Shown piece after piece: positions 25,451 to 39,822 of a stretch of 64,000 nt of DNA. The position numbers and the translations under genes were made by a program. The notes beneath the pieces were generated by a model. It was not told where the DNA came from, did no database searches, and was given only the letters and a program-made list of their open reading frames with translations. This DNA is from Eledone cirrhosa (taxonomy: Eukaryota): the NCBI GenBank assembly GCA_964016885.1, contig OZ024746.1:34286001-34350000 (forward strand), in the 5' to 3' direction. The first letter of the stretch is position 1; each line of letters starts with the position of its first letter.

Positions 25451-27215
25451 TATATATATATATATATGAAATGGGGAGAGAGAAATTTCATGTAATTGAC
25501 AAGTATATTATTCTGACGAGTCTCGAGTGGCTGAAAGACAACATATTGATATGGTTGTATATCTTGAAGACACGAATCACAATCACATATTGTCACACCT
25601 CTAGTCAACGGTTTAATGAATCGCATAAACCTTATTTGCCCGCATATACCTTATTTTCTATGCATATACCTTATTACATGTAACTGATTTATCCAACAAA
25701 CTAAAATGAACAATACGATGTAATATTTTCAAATCAGGATATAGTGAAATGCAGCTGAGCGGGACAGTACCTTTTTTTCCAATTCTCATCTTATTATTTT
25801 AATGTTTAATAACAATTGCTTTATACATCTTGCGTGAACAAAATGTGGTTTGACAGAGATATACCATACTAAGTATATTCAACTCTGAGTTGTTTTATAT
25901 TTCACCCCTTAAACTGTCGTAACGGAACAATGTATTGTGTCCGAGAATCTGAATCTTTGACAACTCACATTCTGAAGCAAATATTAAGCTTGTTTTCGTA
26001 GTAATGCCAAAACTAATAATAGATTCAGTTGTGAAATTGTTGCAAACATCTGTTTAGGCTCTGGAATGTTGAATGTGTATCACGTGTCGATAAAAAGTTG
26101 GAGATAGCTAAGTAATTCTATTAGACATTTGTCAAATTAATAAATGTTTCACAACCGGTGCACGTCGTGTTATTTGCACCTTAGAAATACTTGGTGGTCT
26201 CCCTCTTCTATCCAGGAATCCAGACTCTTACTACATTTAGCCTTTCAACTGGATATGTCACCGACGTACCCGAGTCAGAAGGAAGAGTTTTGGGAAAAAC
26301 AGTAGAGCTGTTTATTTCTAGGAAGGCTACTCTCAGACATAACGCTACCATCTCTCCTGACAACCATATGCACGATAATGTTTCTCTCAATACTCTATAA
26401 TGGTATCTCCAGTATTACAATCCCGTTTTTTCAACTCTATTATTTCTCTATTTTCAAACGAAACATATATAACAATATTTGGAAAGGAACATTTATTAAC
26501 GCTATATCCAGTATTGAAATAGTATTTATTTAAATGATCATCACATTTTTGTAATTGCCATTGGGTAACACTACATCCAATGTCAAATTAATGATTCTTA
26601 AAATCATTCTTAACAGTATTTCTGGTAACGATATAATGATTCTTCAAATGAATAAACCATATTTTCGAAGATTACGCTATATCATCTATTGGAATTAATT
26701 CTAATTACCTCGTTTCACTCTTCTTTCAATGAAGCATGTAGGTAGTGTTACCTCCGGTTTTGAAATAATATTGACATTGTTTCGCTAATTCCTGGATAAC
26801 GGTACATCAATTTTTGTGCCAATTGAAAAGGGTCTGATGCCTCTCAAGGAAACTCTTCTAGAAAGTGAAGTAATTAGGGAAGGACGTCAGATATAATTTA
26901 TTGCGTTATTGGCAATCTGATTAAAATTTGGCTGGAGTTTTCTTAACATGTCATTGTTTCCGTCTGGATTAATAAGTGCTAATCTATAACTGAATTTAAG
27001 TTATCTTTTTCTTCCCAGTCTTTCTTTCACTATTTATCTCTTCCAGTTCACGTGTAGATTGTACATTTAATTCAAAGATCCAGCCATACCCCATAATGTC
27101 ATGTCAATGAGAGGAAAGAATTGCATTAATTGTTTAGGAGTCTTTCAATACTAAGTCACACATCTTTTAATTTAGCATGTAGGGATTAACTAGATACAGC
27201 AAATGAATTCATATC

Positions 27216-27395
27216 GCGGAGGATTGGTAGTATCGCTAGAGGGTCTTTTCAGCAAAGAGTTACGGCTCTTTATGATCTGAGTTCAAATCCCACCAAGGTT
27301 AACTTTGCTTTTCATCCTTACGGGGTCGATAAATAATGTACCAGTAATACATTGGGATAATTGCTGGCCTTGTGCCAAACGTAGAAACAGTTATT
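27216..27395 (+). mobile_element. tRNA-derived SINE
   Basis: Same family. Confidence 0.88.
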
Positions 27396-27927
27396 TATAA
27401 CCGCCAGCAAAATCTTGGCTATAACAAATTCAAACGTTTATACGGTGGGTTTAATATTTTCAATTTGCCCTAGTACACATCACTTTCTGCCAGTTTAGCT
27501 CCTCGTCCTCCGCCTCTTCCTTCTTACCTTTATTAATATCATCTTTGATAATACTCGCCTATGTTTTAATACAGTAAAGTAGAAGAGTTTGGATTGGCGG
27601 AGGGATGTGTATTCGCCGTATATTTCTACCATTACGAAAGAGATGCATCCGAAAGGCAGAGTTAGATATGCATGCATATAAAGATACACAGACGCATAAA
27701 CAGTCGATTGACAGAGTGGTTAGAATATCGGCAAGTTTGATTGCGGTATTCCTTTCGGCTATCGGTTTTAAACCACAGTGTTCATATATGCCTGTTGTTT
27801 TCTTTAGATCGATAAACTTGTGGCAGTCCGAAACCGCAAACGATTTTTCGAGTATACTACTTATATATCTTTTTCGGAAATCCTCACAATTACACACCGC
27901 ATATATACACATATACATACATACACG

Positions 27928-27982
<55 letters not shown>

Positions 27983-27997
27983 GCACACACGCACACC

Positions 27998-28056
<59 letters not shown>

Positions 28057-28199
28057 AGACACAGAGACAAACACAGACACAGACACACACACACACACAC
28101 ATATATAAATATATATATATATACATATATTTTAATTTCAACGACTCTTATTAATAACTCTATTGTTTCATTCCAAGGATTATTTTCAGCCGTCCATCG

Positions 28200-28237
<38 letters not shown>

Positions 28238-28257
28238 TATAATATATATATATATCT

Positions 28258-28495
28258 AAGGCGGCTAAAATTCACGAGATCCATGGACGAGTTCTCTCCA
28301 GCGGTCTCTGTCCCTCATTATCGCTGCCATGTCCTGCGTCTCCAACAGATCAGTGTCTGTCCTTAGGGCATCAACATACGTTAACCTTGGTCTTCCTCTT
28401 GTAGTGTGTCTATGTAGGGGCTCCCAAAGGAGCACTGAGTGCAATGTCAACTCTGGATGTCGGTGAGCATGTCCAGCTAACCTCAGTCTCCTCTG
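28258..28495 (-). mobile_element. RTE-like LINE 3' fragment
   Basis: Same sequence family as 15190-15445. Confidence 0.85.
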
Positions 28496-29264
28496 TATAT
28501 ATATCTAATGCCAATCATTGTAACTTTAATTTGACATGCAAAAACATATATATAAATAAATTAAGCCAAAATCAAAGTAGATTCAAATATCACAGAGAGA
28601 AAGAGAGAGAGGGGGAGGGGATGAGAAATGATGGATTACATCATGGATTACAGGTTAAAATATAGTCCAGATAGGTGAGAAACAAAACCAGGATATAGTT
28701 TCTGGAACGCCCAAATGATTTAAAATTCGACCTTATGTAGTAGCTATCACATTAAGAAAGATATGAACGACACCAAAGCATTCTTGTTTTGAAAGTAGGT
28801 TTATTAGTATGATTTTCATAAGATTTTCTTATTTGTCTCATTGGTCTAGCCGTAGGTACTAGAGACGGGGGAGATCCTGGCCTTGAGTTCAATCCTAGTC
28901 AGGAGGTACATGTTATCTTTTTTAGTTGCTATTTTACATCCCATAGAAAAAAAAACTGAAAATATTTACCGGGAACCCTACTCCCAACCAGGATTGAACT
29001 TCATACCAGCATCATCACTGTCTATGATTCCAAAACTAGTCCGGCGAGACAGCTACGGAAGTACCATGCAAATTAATAATTATAAACCTACTTTCCAAAT
29101 CAAAGCTTAAATAATGTGGTGTCGTTCATGCATTTCCTAGAGACATTAGTCATATTTAGGTTGGACTTGTCAATATTCTGGCTCTTTGGTAACAACCTTA
29201 TTATTCCTATGAGTGTTTAACTGTTAAATTTATTTAATTTGATTACTTTAACAAATAGACTAAA

Positions 29265-29409
29265 ATCCAAAGTATCGTCTTCCTGTCTTCCTCCGGTTGC
29301 AACTTTCTTTGAAATATCCAGTTCTGCGTTTACAGATTGACTTTGATAGTTTCAGAAGATCCCGTTAAGGGTGAAAGCAGCGATTCTTTGCTTAAACTTT
29401 AATCTGTTA

Positions 29410-29415
<6 letters not shown>
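29265..29415 (+). mobile_element. Copy of the CAGAAGA-core repeat family
   Basis: Near-identical to 37485-37635 and ends in (TA)n(GA)n. Confidence 0.75.
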
Positions 29416-29503
<88 letters not shown>

Positions 29504-30710
29504 AGGGAGAGAGAGGATAGCTAGACGCGCTGAGGCATAGTGTATATTTCTATTCTGTACCTTTCTGATACATTGGAATTTCGAATTCCATGAAGAAAGA
29601 TTAGAATCTGCGGATTGACCGTCACTTATCTAAGCATGTATGATATGCTATTACTTGGTACTACTATGTATATAAAGAGACTGAAGATGTTATTAACGGA
29701 ATTAATGGAGATATAACAATGGTAAGTAAACTTGGCCAGTTTTTAATTATTTCCAGGATGGAAGACAACTAAATCCCACATTGCATTTATTCCAGCACTC
29801 TGAAAGCTGCACAGCCCGCTAGCTGAATCTATAGGTCCTATATTAAATTGGTCGGTGTATTTATTCCACAAGTAAATAATAATTTCATTGGTGAATCATT
29901 TGCAATTATACGTTAATATTGGTAGCTCTAACGTATGCATATGCCTTTCTTAGGTGAAAAAGCAATCCTATACATACATAAGTTATCACACCACATATGA
30001 CACGACATTTCCGTCGACATTTTTCCTGTTCTTTCTTTTTTTTATATAGATTTGCAGGCATCACTGAATTTCGATCAATCTTTGAAAGAATAAATAATTA
30101 TTTACGTTATTATTTAGACTTGTTTATTCCGTTGTTTGAAGATCCACAAATAATCTATGCCAGTCATTCTGTCTCAAATTTTCAACAATCAGAACCGATA
30201 TCTGTTTCCATACATTACTTTCTTCTATATTTCTCACATAAATTAAAATAATAATAGCTGTCATCACTCTTTATGTTGTTGCAGATATTGTTGTGTTGCT
30301 TTAAACATAATTTTTAAAATCAATCTTAGAAACAAATATATGGGAAAACAATCGAACAATGTTGGAAATACAGCAAAACAAACATTAAAAAATAACAAAT
30401 AGTGACGAAATTTTATGAATAAATAATTGTTGAGAGGGTGTAATAACAAAGCAGAAAATACAATTAACTATAGAAAATTAAAAGAAGAATTTCGTGATAT
30501 TGTTATGAATGTGATAATATCAATGCATAGTTTTTATATTCCTTAATAAAACTAATTTGCTGTTTACATATCATTTAAATGTATATGTGACTATACGTCT
30601 ACACACAAACGTATCTATGAATATGTTATATACATATTCATAGATACGTTTGTGTGCAGAAGTATAGTCACATATACATTTATATACATATATGTGGCTG
30701 TATATATGTG

Positions 30711-30747
<37 letters not shown>

Positions 30748-32063
30748 GTTCCCACATATACACACATACTTCGTTTTTGTATGTTTTGCAGGAATTATTA
30801 TGTGAATACCTGTGTTGAATCATATATTGTTATAATTCGGAAGGTTCATGCTGCCAATAAAAACAAACTATCCTGTAGGTTGTGACTTCAATGTAATACA
30901 AATCTCCAGTTGGTTGGCTTAATAACCGGGTGGTTGTTCATTTGTTGTCAAAGCTCTTTCGTCATACATTCTGTGACCTTTTCAGTGAGTATTTTTTTAA
31001 ATGTTGTGTCTCTCCTTGTTTTTGTCATAGGACATCTTATTTTTGTGTGTTGTGTCTGTATATCTGGGTTGTAAATCCGAGTTGGTTTGTGTTAATTTAT
31101 TGATAAGATGATTGATTTGTCACTAGTTGGTTGCTTTTTCTATCTGTGTGCGACTGATTTGTTTCATTAGCTTGAAACTTGTGTGTCCCTGTATGTCTTT
31201 ATCGTATCCTTAAATAGTTTGGTTCTTCCATGACTCTGATTCCTAATTACTGTTTGTGATATTTTTCCTGTTCAACTCATGTTTTCTGTTTAATTTTATG
31301 CTGCTGCAATCGCGTCTTTTCAGTGTGTGGATATAATTTCTATTTCTATGTTCTCTAGTGTGCTCTCCACATTCCATTTTGGTAATGATTTCAAGGGAGA
31401 TATTTCCCTAGCATTACGGGTCCCGTCGTGTTTTACATATTTCTAAAAATTCTATATTAGCTAATAATATATAACTGAAAATATGTATTATAAAGAAAAA
31501 ATGATTAGTAAAAACAAAGTTTATTCTCTTCTATTCACTGAGTTAAATTAGAATACACATTTAACGAATAACATGATGTGAGAGAAATTGTATCTATGTA
31601 CAAAACATTTGTGTGATGCTTAGTGTTATCAATCAGAATGATATATCATTGCACTCTGAAAGTGTAGCGGTTTATATTTTGTTCAAATGCATGCAAAATA
31701 TAAATATTTAAGTGTAATCTACCACAAAGCATATGGTAGCTAATAATCGGTCAGTTAATAATCGAAGAAAACATAGGACAGATTAAAACGACACGAATTT
31801 CTTCATAATGAGAAATATTAACGAGAAAACATGATACAAATCTTATAATGCCTCACTAAAGAATCGCAGTTTAGATGTAGAACAATAGTGCAAAGAATAA
31901 TAATTGAAATAAGTATGTAAGTGTTTGTATTTAAAATGTTTCCATTATTCTGGAAATGATTCACAATATAGTGTGAAAGGGTCTGCGTTGAAATGGTGTA
32001 TTTCTCATATATTATCCATACATTATTTTGCTACCTCGGTACACATTGTCCAGTTGGAAATAA

Positions 32064-32102
<39 letters not shown>

Positions 32103-32316
32103 AAAGAATAGAGGTGTAACACACAAGTTATTATATATTGGTAAACGGAATAGAAAATGGTGACAAATTGTTCACAGTGAAAAATAGTTTAATTAGGAAT
32201 AAGTGAGAATTAGTAATATTATTGGTTAGTATTCAGTTTTGGCTTTAAGTTTTACCGGTTGCGCATTTCTAATGCTTTTCAAAAATAATTTTGAGATAGA
32301 GCGTCCGTGATGTTTG

Positions 32317-32397
<81 letters not shown>

Positions 32398-32996
32398 TCT
32401 CGTAATTGGTTTCACAGAAAGGATTATCAGATTCATTTAATAATTAAAGAGACACGAAATGTAGACACATGTTTTTTTGATTCCCAACATGACTTTATAT
32501 ATAAGACATTTGGTTTTGCAGCCATAATTTTCAAATAGAAAATATCATACTATATATTATGTTCTATAGATTCATAGCAACTACAGTAATACCAGAAAAC
32601 ATACATACAACATAATTATAATAAGTAACTGAAAATAACAAACAGAGCTTCATAGAATGTGATGGAAATAAAAGAAAAGACACAGAGAGAAATATGAGAT
32701 GGTAAAAAATTCAATCATAAGGAAAAGTTCACGTAATTATCCTGCATTCATTAATTTCAATTTTGAGAAGCATGACGCAAATTGGACCGGTCATATACAA
32801 AACATATTTGAAGTCACGAACTGATTTCCCCCTGTTGTGTATTTGAAACGTATCCATTTTATATGTTGTTATTTAATATATATTTCTGGGCTTGTGCCAA
32901 AAGTAGAAACAGTTATTTAATATATATTTATTTATATTTCTCCATTTGCATAAATACTTACAAACACACTCGCACATAGATACATCTACACCCCCC

Positions 32997-33027
<31 letters not shown>

Positions 33028-33689
33028 TAGATAGATAGATAGATAGATAGATATGTGTGTGAATGTGCGTGTAGGTTTGTATGTATGATATTTATGCAAA
33101 TGGATAAATATAAATAAACATATATTAAATGACAACATATCAAATGGATACGTTTGATCCTTACGGGGTCGATAAAATAAAGTACCAGGAATACACTGGG
33201 GTAATTGCTGGCATTGTGCCAAAATTAGAAACAATCTAAACTATAATAAAGGGAGGCTCTGCGGGACTGCGTACGGTTTTAATCCAGTTAGAAAATAAGT
33301 TGGATTACTTTGAATATATAATTGTTTCTACGTTTGGCACAAGGCCAGCAAATACCCAGTGCATTACTGGTACTTTATTTTATCGTACTTTGAATAAATA
33401 ATGAATGTATATTACATAATTTATGTCCTAAATTTCGAAACTAAATTTCGCAAACATAAATAATTTAAAATTGACTCTTTTCAAATTTGTATTCACATCC
33501 GGTATATCGTCACCAGCACCACTTCAACTACCAGATATATAGAAAGAGAGTGTGTGTGATGAGAGATATAAATATATTATGATTTGCTACACGCTGCCGC
33601 GATTGAGTGTGCACATACATGCATCTATATGTATGAGTATATAACTATTATCAGTATATAACTATAATCGCGCAAACACAAACTTATAA

Positions 33690-33830
33690 CAATATTCACT
33701 TTAATACACATACATTCACTTTAATACACATACAATACACATACATCCACTTTAATACACATACATTCACACATACTTTCACACAAATATACATACATTC
33801 GCACATAAACATTTACACAAACACACACAT
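33690..33830. repeat. Degenerate ~20 bp minisatellite (ATACATTCACTTTAATACAC)
   Basis: Three to four recognisable units decaying into CA-rich sequence. Confidence 0.7.
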
Positions 33831-33984
33831 ACAGTCATGATAGTGTTCGGTGAAATGGAAATGGGAGGCTAAAACAAGTATAACGTTTTATTTATTTAAC
33901 TCTTTATTTATTTATAATGGTTACAGAACGAAAACACTAACAAGAATCATTTTTTCTACCGATTCTGCCAATCCCCCACCCTTT

Positions 33985-34171
33985 TAATAATTGTGTCTAC
34001 TTTTGGCACAAGGCCAGCAATTATCCAAGTGCATTACTGGTACTTTATTTTATCGCCCCCGTACGGATGAAAATCAAAGTTAACCTCGTCGGGATTTGAA
34101 CTCAGACCGTAAAGGGACGTAACTATGCTCGAAAGCATGGGGTCCGACCCTCTACCGGTACTGCCAATTCA
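33985..34171 (-). mobile_element. tRNA-derived SINE
   Basis: Same family. Partial copies also at ~33156-33235, ~33320-33385 and ~23450-23550. Confidence 0.88.
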
Positions 34172-34339
34172 ATATAATATATACAAAGGAAAGGGAAAGG
34201 AAAAAAGAAAGTGAAAAAATATACAAGCACGTATTAAACATATCTCCGACCACATAGAACAAAATGCAGACGAAAGAGTGGGAAAACTAGCCGCTACCAC
34301 CACAGCAAAATATTGCAATATAGCGAGGAGCACTGGGAA

Positions 34340-34790
34340 ACCTCTCTAATAATTTTTGAGGCAGGCCAGCACGCTCACAGCGTTACCTGGGATGATAGCG
34401 AGGCTGAGGTGCTGGAACAACCAAGTGCCTTCACGAGTATCACTAGTTACATCTGTGTGGCCAGCCGCCAGTGAAGATAGGAATCTCACTGTCAGTAACC
34501 CGACTACCCCAAATGTCTCGAACGCTACAGGTTAGATAATGTAGTTAGCTGACAGAACACGGTATTTTAGGATTTTGTTCGGTTCAGCTGCGGATGCTGT
34601 AGCTCTCGCCCTTACCGCTGCATCCAGAATGTGGGAAGAAGCAAAAGTGTCACTAACTGTGACGTCCCTGGTAAGGCACCTGCCTCTTGCCCAGGAGCAC
34701 AGAGTTAGACCGTCAAGTCTTTTCCTATCAATTCGGGACAACCCAGATGCTTCCAAAATTGAGGGGATATTTGCCCAGTAATGCGCCAGC
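34340..34790 (-). mobile_element. CRE-like LINE restriction-like endonuclease fragment
   Basis: EASGLSRIDRKRLDGLTLCSWARGRCLTRDVTVSDTFASSH..AAEPNKILKY..PVAFETFG..LFQHLSLAIIPGNA. Confidence 0.8.
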
Positions 34791-35879
34791 CTCAGCATTC
34801 AGTAATCTGAAGAAGGGGGTAAGTGTAAAATCCAAACTTGCTGTCTTCCTGGTATTCCTGCCAACTCTTACCGAGGATCGTGAATCTTGAGTAATGACCA
34901 AAAGAATACAATTGCAAATAAAAGTGGCAGGATGGGATTCCTCCGAAGGGTCTATGGAGTAACGTTACTCGATAACGTGCATAGCTCAGAGACCAGAGAG
35001 TCACTCCAGGTAGAGCCGCTACTTCTCCAAATTGAGAGATCACAACTCTGATATAATGAGCAGGTGGTTAGAATGTCTCAGTAAATAATCGCTAGACACA
35101 TTTCACAGGCAAAACCAACCGGCAAGAGACCCAGAGGTAGACCCTCAGACAGATAGTTGGATAACATCCATCAGCTTGGGTGGTCACCCTTTGAGATCCA
35201 GCTGGATCTGTTAGAGATGTTTGCTACTGACAGACTCGCTGGAAGGAGTGTTTGAGAAGGACTTTGCCCCCACGACCCTCTCAGAAATAAGTGGGTGAAG
35301 AAGATATTGTCAATTTACTTTTCAATTTATATATATCTATATGCATATATATTGGCGTATAATACCAATATGCACACTACATATGCTAGCAGAAAAGCGC
35401 CGAGGGGCGTTTTTTCTGCTAGATATATTAATGCGCTTTATTTCCACGAAATGGTCATCGATTTAATACATACTTATATTCAGTGGGGATTCCTTTAAAT
35501 TAAATGATGATGTAATACACATGCTCATTTCTCTGATTATGTGTGAGGAATGTTGTGATAAGATTATATGTTGTTGCGTAGGTCGTAAATAGATAAACCG
35601 AGCTAAGTTTATATACTCTTTAATGAATCAGAGAAAGGGAATGGGAGAAAATCTAATTTGCTTTTAGCCTGGCATTTTCAAATAAATAGATCTGTTATGT
35701 AGAAACTACACAATATGAAGGCTGTAACCTGAAAATATCCTTCATACTCACGCGGGTAATTACTAGATAGTGGGGCATTATTTGAAGGACCTGTTTAGTT
35801 TAACTTTTCCTTAATACATAGACATTTCCACGTCAAGTACTATGTACCAATAATTAATAGGTGAAATTTGACATATTAT

Positions 35880-35970
35880 GAAGAAGAAGAAGAAGAAGAA
35901 GAAGAAGAAGAAGAAGAAGAAGAAGAAGAAGAAGAAGAAGAAGAAGAAGAAGAAGAAGAAGAAGAAGAAG

Positions 35971-36000
<30 letters not shown>
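35880..36000. repeat. (AAG)n microsatellite, ~40 units
   Basis: Direct reading. Confidence 0.98.
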
Positions 36001-36001
<1 letters not shown>

Positions 36002-36779
36002 CCATATATTAATGGTCATTTTATAGTTAATTTAATTTATTTAATAAACCCAAGATTTCATTAAACAAAAGTGAAACAGTTTACGGGGAAATCATGAACA
36101 TATCTTAGTATATATATAAAACAACTAATTATCCTTAAATCCTAGTAGATACTCTCCACATCCTTTAATCTGATCGGAAATCTAAAGAAATGTATAATAA
36201 ATCCTATCCCTGAAGAAGAAACAGCAGATACTAAACTCCACAAATGAGACTCTGACGTCACATAGCAGCAAAAACATATGATAAACATGTCTGTTTTCAT
36301 CATAAACTGACTTATTGTATTATAATATTTCCTTTTAAACTCGAATTTTCTAACAGCATTAGAACTCGCTCGCCAAACTCCATTCATTTATGTATATACT
36401 TATACACACACACCCATACATACACACACACATATAGATAGTTTGACTTATGTCAAAGTCATAAAACATACTTTGAGTTATGTCAAAATCTCCGAAGGTG
36501 GGAGCAGACGTCACATTAACTAACGCAAGAAATTAGGGATAGCAACTGTAGTTTCTGGATGTTAGAAACAATATTTTGTAACTTAATATATTTAGAAAAC
36601 CAACATTGTTAAGATAATTCCATCGGCAGAAGGATCCTTTGGAAGTAAAACATTATTTTCATCAATTAGTATAAAAAATAAGCTGACACGACCATACTCA
36701 TTTGGATGCAGCATGGAGCAACTAATTACACGGGTATGCTGCACGCATCTGCACACATAGCAATGCATTATTATAACCT

Positions 36780-37076
36780 TGGTGGATTGGCAGTATCGGT
36801 AGAGGGTCGGACGCCATGCTTTCCAGCATAGTTACGTCCCTTTACGATCTGAGTTCAAATCCCGCCGAGGTTGACTTTGCCTTTCATCCTTACGGGGTCG
36901 ATAAAATAAAGTACCAGTAATGCACTGGGTAATTGCTGGCCTTGTGTCAAAAGTAGAAACAATTATTATAACCTTAGGTTAATTCTGCCTTTCATCCTTA
37001 TGTGGTCGATAAAATAAAGTACCTGTAATGTACTGGGTAATTGCTGTCCTTGTACCCAAAATAGAAACAATTATTA
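36780..37076 (+). mobile_element. tRNA-derived SINE (Nin-like domain) plus tandem partial copy
   Basis: A box TGGCAGTATCGG, B box GAGTTCAAATCC, and core GACTTTGCCTTTCATCCTTACGGGGTCGATAAAATAAAGTACC. The 3' half is repeated at 36976-37076. Confidence 0.9.
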
Positions 37077-37464
37077 TAACCTAGAGTGTTTTAGGGGATA
37101 TAACACCACGACCGTTTGTTCTTCATGAACTATGATCACCTATTGTAATGTAAAGTTTTTTTAAATTTTGTTGTTACTCTTGACGGATCAACTCGGTTTT
37201 GGAACGGATCATTGTTAGAATTTTAGTCTACTTCAGTTATACCATTTACGTGGTTGTGTCTTTGCGTGCAATTCTCCACGTTCCACATATAACGTATTAT
37301 CTTCGTTTTTTCCATTCATTGCCAGAGAACGTCTCTATGAACCACCTAAGAGAATATTAGTCTACGAATTCTTTTATACCATAAACGTGGTTCTGTGTTC
37401 GCCTGTAATTGTTTTTCACCGCTCCTATTAATGACGTGTTATATTCGTGTGTTCTCGTTCTTTG

Positions 37465-37632
37465 GCAGGGAACGTTTCCACGAACCAAAGTATCGTCTTC
37501 CTGTCTTCCTCCGGTTGCAACGTTTTTTGAAATATTCACTTCTGCGTTTACAGATTGACTTTGTTAGTTTCAGAAGATCCCGTTAAGGGTGAAAGCAGCG
37601 ATTCTGTGCTTAAACTTTAATCTGTTATTTTA

Positions 37633-37640
<8 letters not shown>
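37465..37640 (+). mobile_element. Dispersed repeat ending in (TA)n with variant HHR-like fold (37551-37624)
   Basis: Other copies at 29265-29415 and 15015-15180, with inverted pieces at 14830-14950 and 15795-15868. The 5' boundary is uncertain. Confidence 0.75.
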
Positions 37641-37694
<54 letters not shown>

Positions 37695-37736
37695 CAATAC
37701 AAATATTAATAAAATAAATGTTCTTTTGATCAATTA

Positions 37737-37791
37737 CATTTTATTATACATATTTCAGATGTACAACAGTACATCCTCATCAGACAAAATA
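37737..37791 (-). ncRNA. Type I hammerhead ribozyme
   Basis: UAUUUUGU-CUGAUGA-GGAUGUAC UGUU GUACAUCU-GAAA-UAUGUA-UA/AUAAAAUG. Confidence 0.85.
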
Positions 37792-39100
37792 TGATGATAC
37801 ATGACATACCCTAAATGATTTAAGATTTAATCAAGGTAGTGATTAACGTAAGAGAAATGTTAACATTTATACGCTACTAATTAGAAAATGCGAAAACGTA
37901 ATAAATTTTATAGATAATAAGAAAAACGTTGCTTAATGTAACAGTTATATGGATTTTTAAATGTATGATACTACAATTTATGTTTATCTAGGAAAACAGT
38001 CAATGAGAGCCACTGGAATAGGATATATAGGGAGGGAAAGGTAAGGGGTAATATATGTAGAAGGAGATTATTTCAGAAAGTTAAACGGTTAAGTTTGAAA
38101 ATATTTAATTTATTCTATTTTAGGGTGAAGAATCAAGATCTTAGTTTTTCTTTTTTTTAAGTTGCTGGTTATTTATATTTATTAGTTTTGTAAATTCTAT
38201 AAGTGTGTTAACATTTCTAAACATCTGAATTTTATGAGGATAACATTTAAAGGATTTAGCTGGCCAGCAGAATGGAAATTTTACACTGTTGAATATTTTC
38301 CTAAATGTAAACTTTACCGAAGATAATCATTGTCAACATATTTGGTATGTAAACCTTATGAAGTACTTATTGTTAGAAATATTTAAATAACGATTATGTA
38401 TATATATATATATTAAAGAGCCAGTATATTTTAGGTAAATGATAACGAAAATAAAAATAAAATAAAATAATGGATTGAGGCATGCTAAAGTTAAATATAT
38501 ACCTATATATAACAGGGTATAAATGCATTAATTATTCATAGTTCAAAATAAATAATAATCAAGAAATTTAAACGTTAACTAAAAATAATGGATACAGGTA
38601 GGTATATACGGATAAAAATTACGTATTATTGATACAGTATACTTTAGGTAAATGATAACGGTTATCATTTTATATAATAAACATGTTATAGTTAAATACA
38701 TTTATATATATATATATATGAGAAAAGCAATAATAAATGCGTGGATAATTCAGAGTTCAAAATAAGGTCTATAATAATTTATAGTTTGTATATTTGCTCT
38801 ATATTTGAATCATGGATATACAAATGCAGTAGGTAAATTTAAAAACGTAAAAAATATATTTACATACATATTATAAATAAGAGATAAAACAAATACATGA
38901 AAGATTCAGAATTAGATATAAGTTCCGTAAAAATGTATGGGTTGGATATTAAACTAAAATTTAAAACTTAGATAGGAAGATAAAGATAGAGAAATAAAGA
39001 AATAATGGTATGGATCAAAGTTAATAATATTTTGTTATGTATATCAATGTTCCGGCATGTTATTGAACAAGTGTCTTTCATTCGAGCGTTATTTCTTCTA

Positions 39101-39250
39101 TGCTTTCCAGCATAGCTACGTCCCTTTACGATCTGAGTTCAAATCCCGCCGAGGTTGACTTTGCCTTTCATCCTTACGGGGTCGATAAAATAAAGTACCA
39201 GTAATGCACTGGGTAATTGCTGGCCTTGTGCCAAAAGTAGAAACAGTTAT
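39101..39250 (+). mobile_element. 5'-truncated SINE inserted in a PLE, with target-site duplication
   Basis: GTTATTTCTTCTAT at 39088-39101 and 39246-39259. Confidence 0.9.
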
Positions 39251-39822
39251 TTCTTCTATAGATAGTTATAAGATAATGCAATATTAAAGGCCATTAATGT
39301 TTTTACCTGTTGATTATATACATCTGACAACCAAGTTTTTAATGGTTAAGTGTTTCTCTCTCTTTTGTTCTCGTTTTGTGGGAGGCTAAGAATGTGAACG
39401 TAGCTTTATGGAGGCAACTAGAGAATAATTCACTTTTTTTGTTAATTAGGGTATCATCGTTATTAATAATCAACAGTGTCTCTATTGTACAGGGCGCGCA
39501 GTTATTTGATAAACTAGAGTTGCGGTAACCTCCACAGTTCCGAGGTTTTGTCCAAAGAATGGAGTATTTTAAATTCCTCTCTTTTAATGACCATATGAGC
39601 TGTGATAAAGACGTGGATGATTTCGTCTTGGAGTTCGAGAATGAGCATTTATGGTTCGCAAATTTGGCTTTAAATGTAGAAGAAGTCGATCCTATGTAGT
39701 TTTGTGATCAGTTTTTACGGTGCATGAATAAACCAAATTACTATCTAGACAATTATTTTGCAAAGGGCAAACAGTTTCTTCGTTTCTTATATATATATAT
39801 ATATATTCTATATTCTATGTCT

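Larger units (their letters stand above)
37692..39788 (-). mobile_element. Decayed 5'-truncated Penelope-like element (GIY-YIG + 3' UTR)
   Basis: Minus strand ~39400-39780 reads VCPLQNNCLDSNLVYSCTVKTD / YIGSTSSTFKAKFANHKCSF..STSLSQLIWSLK..CAPCTIE..LINKKSELFSSCLHK. HHR at the 3' end. SINE inserted internally. Confidence 0.9.

Noticed and set aside
25900-27900. Possible host exons or decayed LINE
   Set aside because: No recognisable motif or convincing splice-bounded frame by eye. Needs BLAST or RNA-seq.
35811-36005. Poly-Phe ORF (and poly-Leu/Val ORFs at 42584-42972)
   Set aside because: These are trinucleotide microsatellites.
36780-36870. tRNA gene
   Set aside because: A and B boxes are present, but they continue into a SINE body repeated many times in the window.
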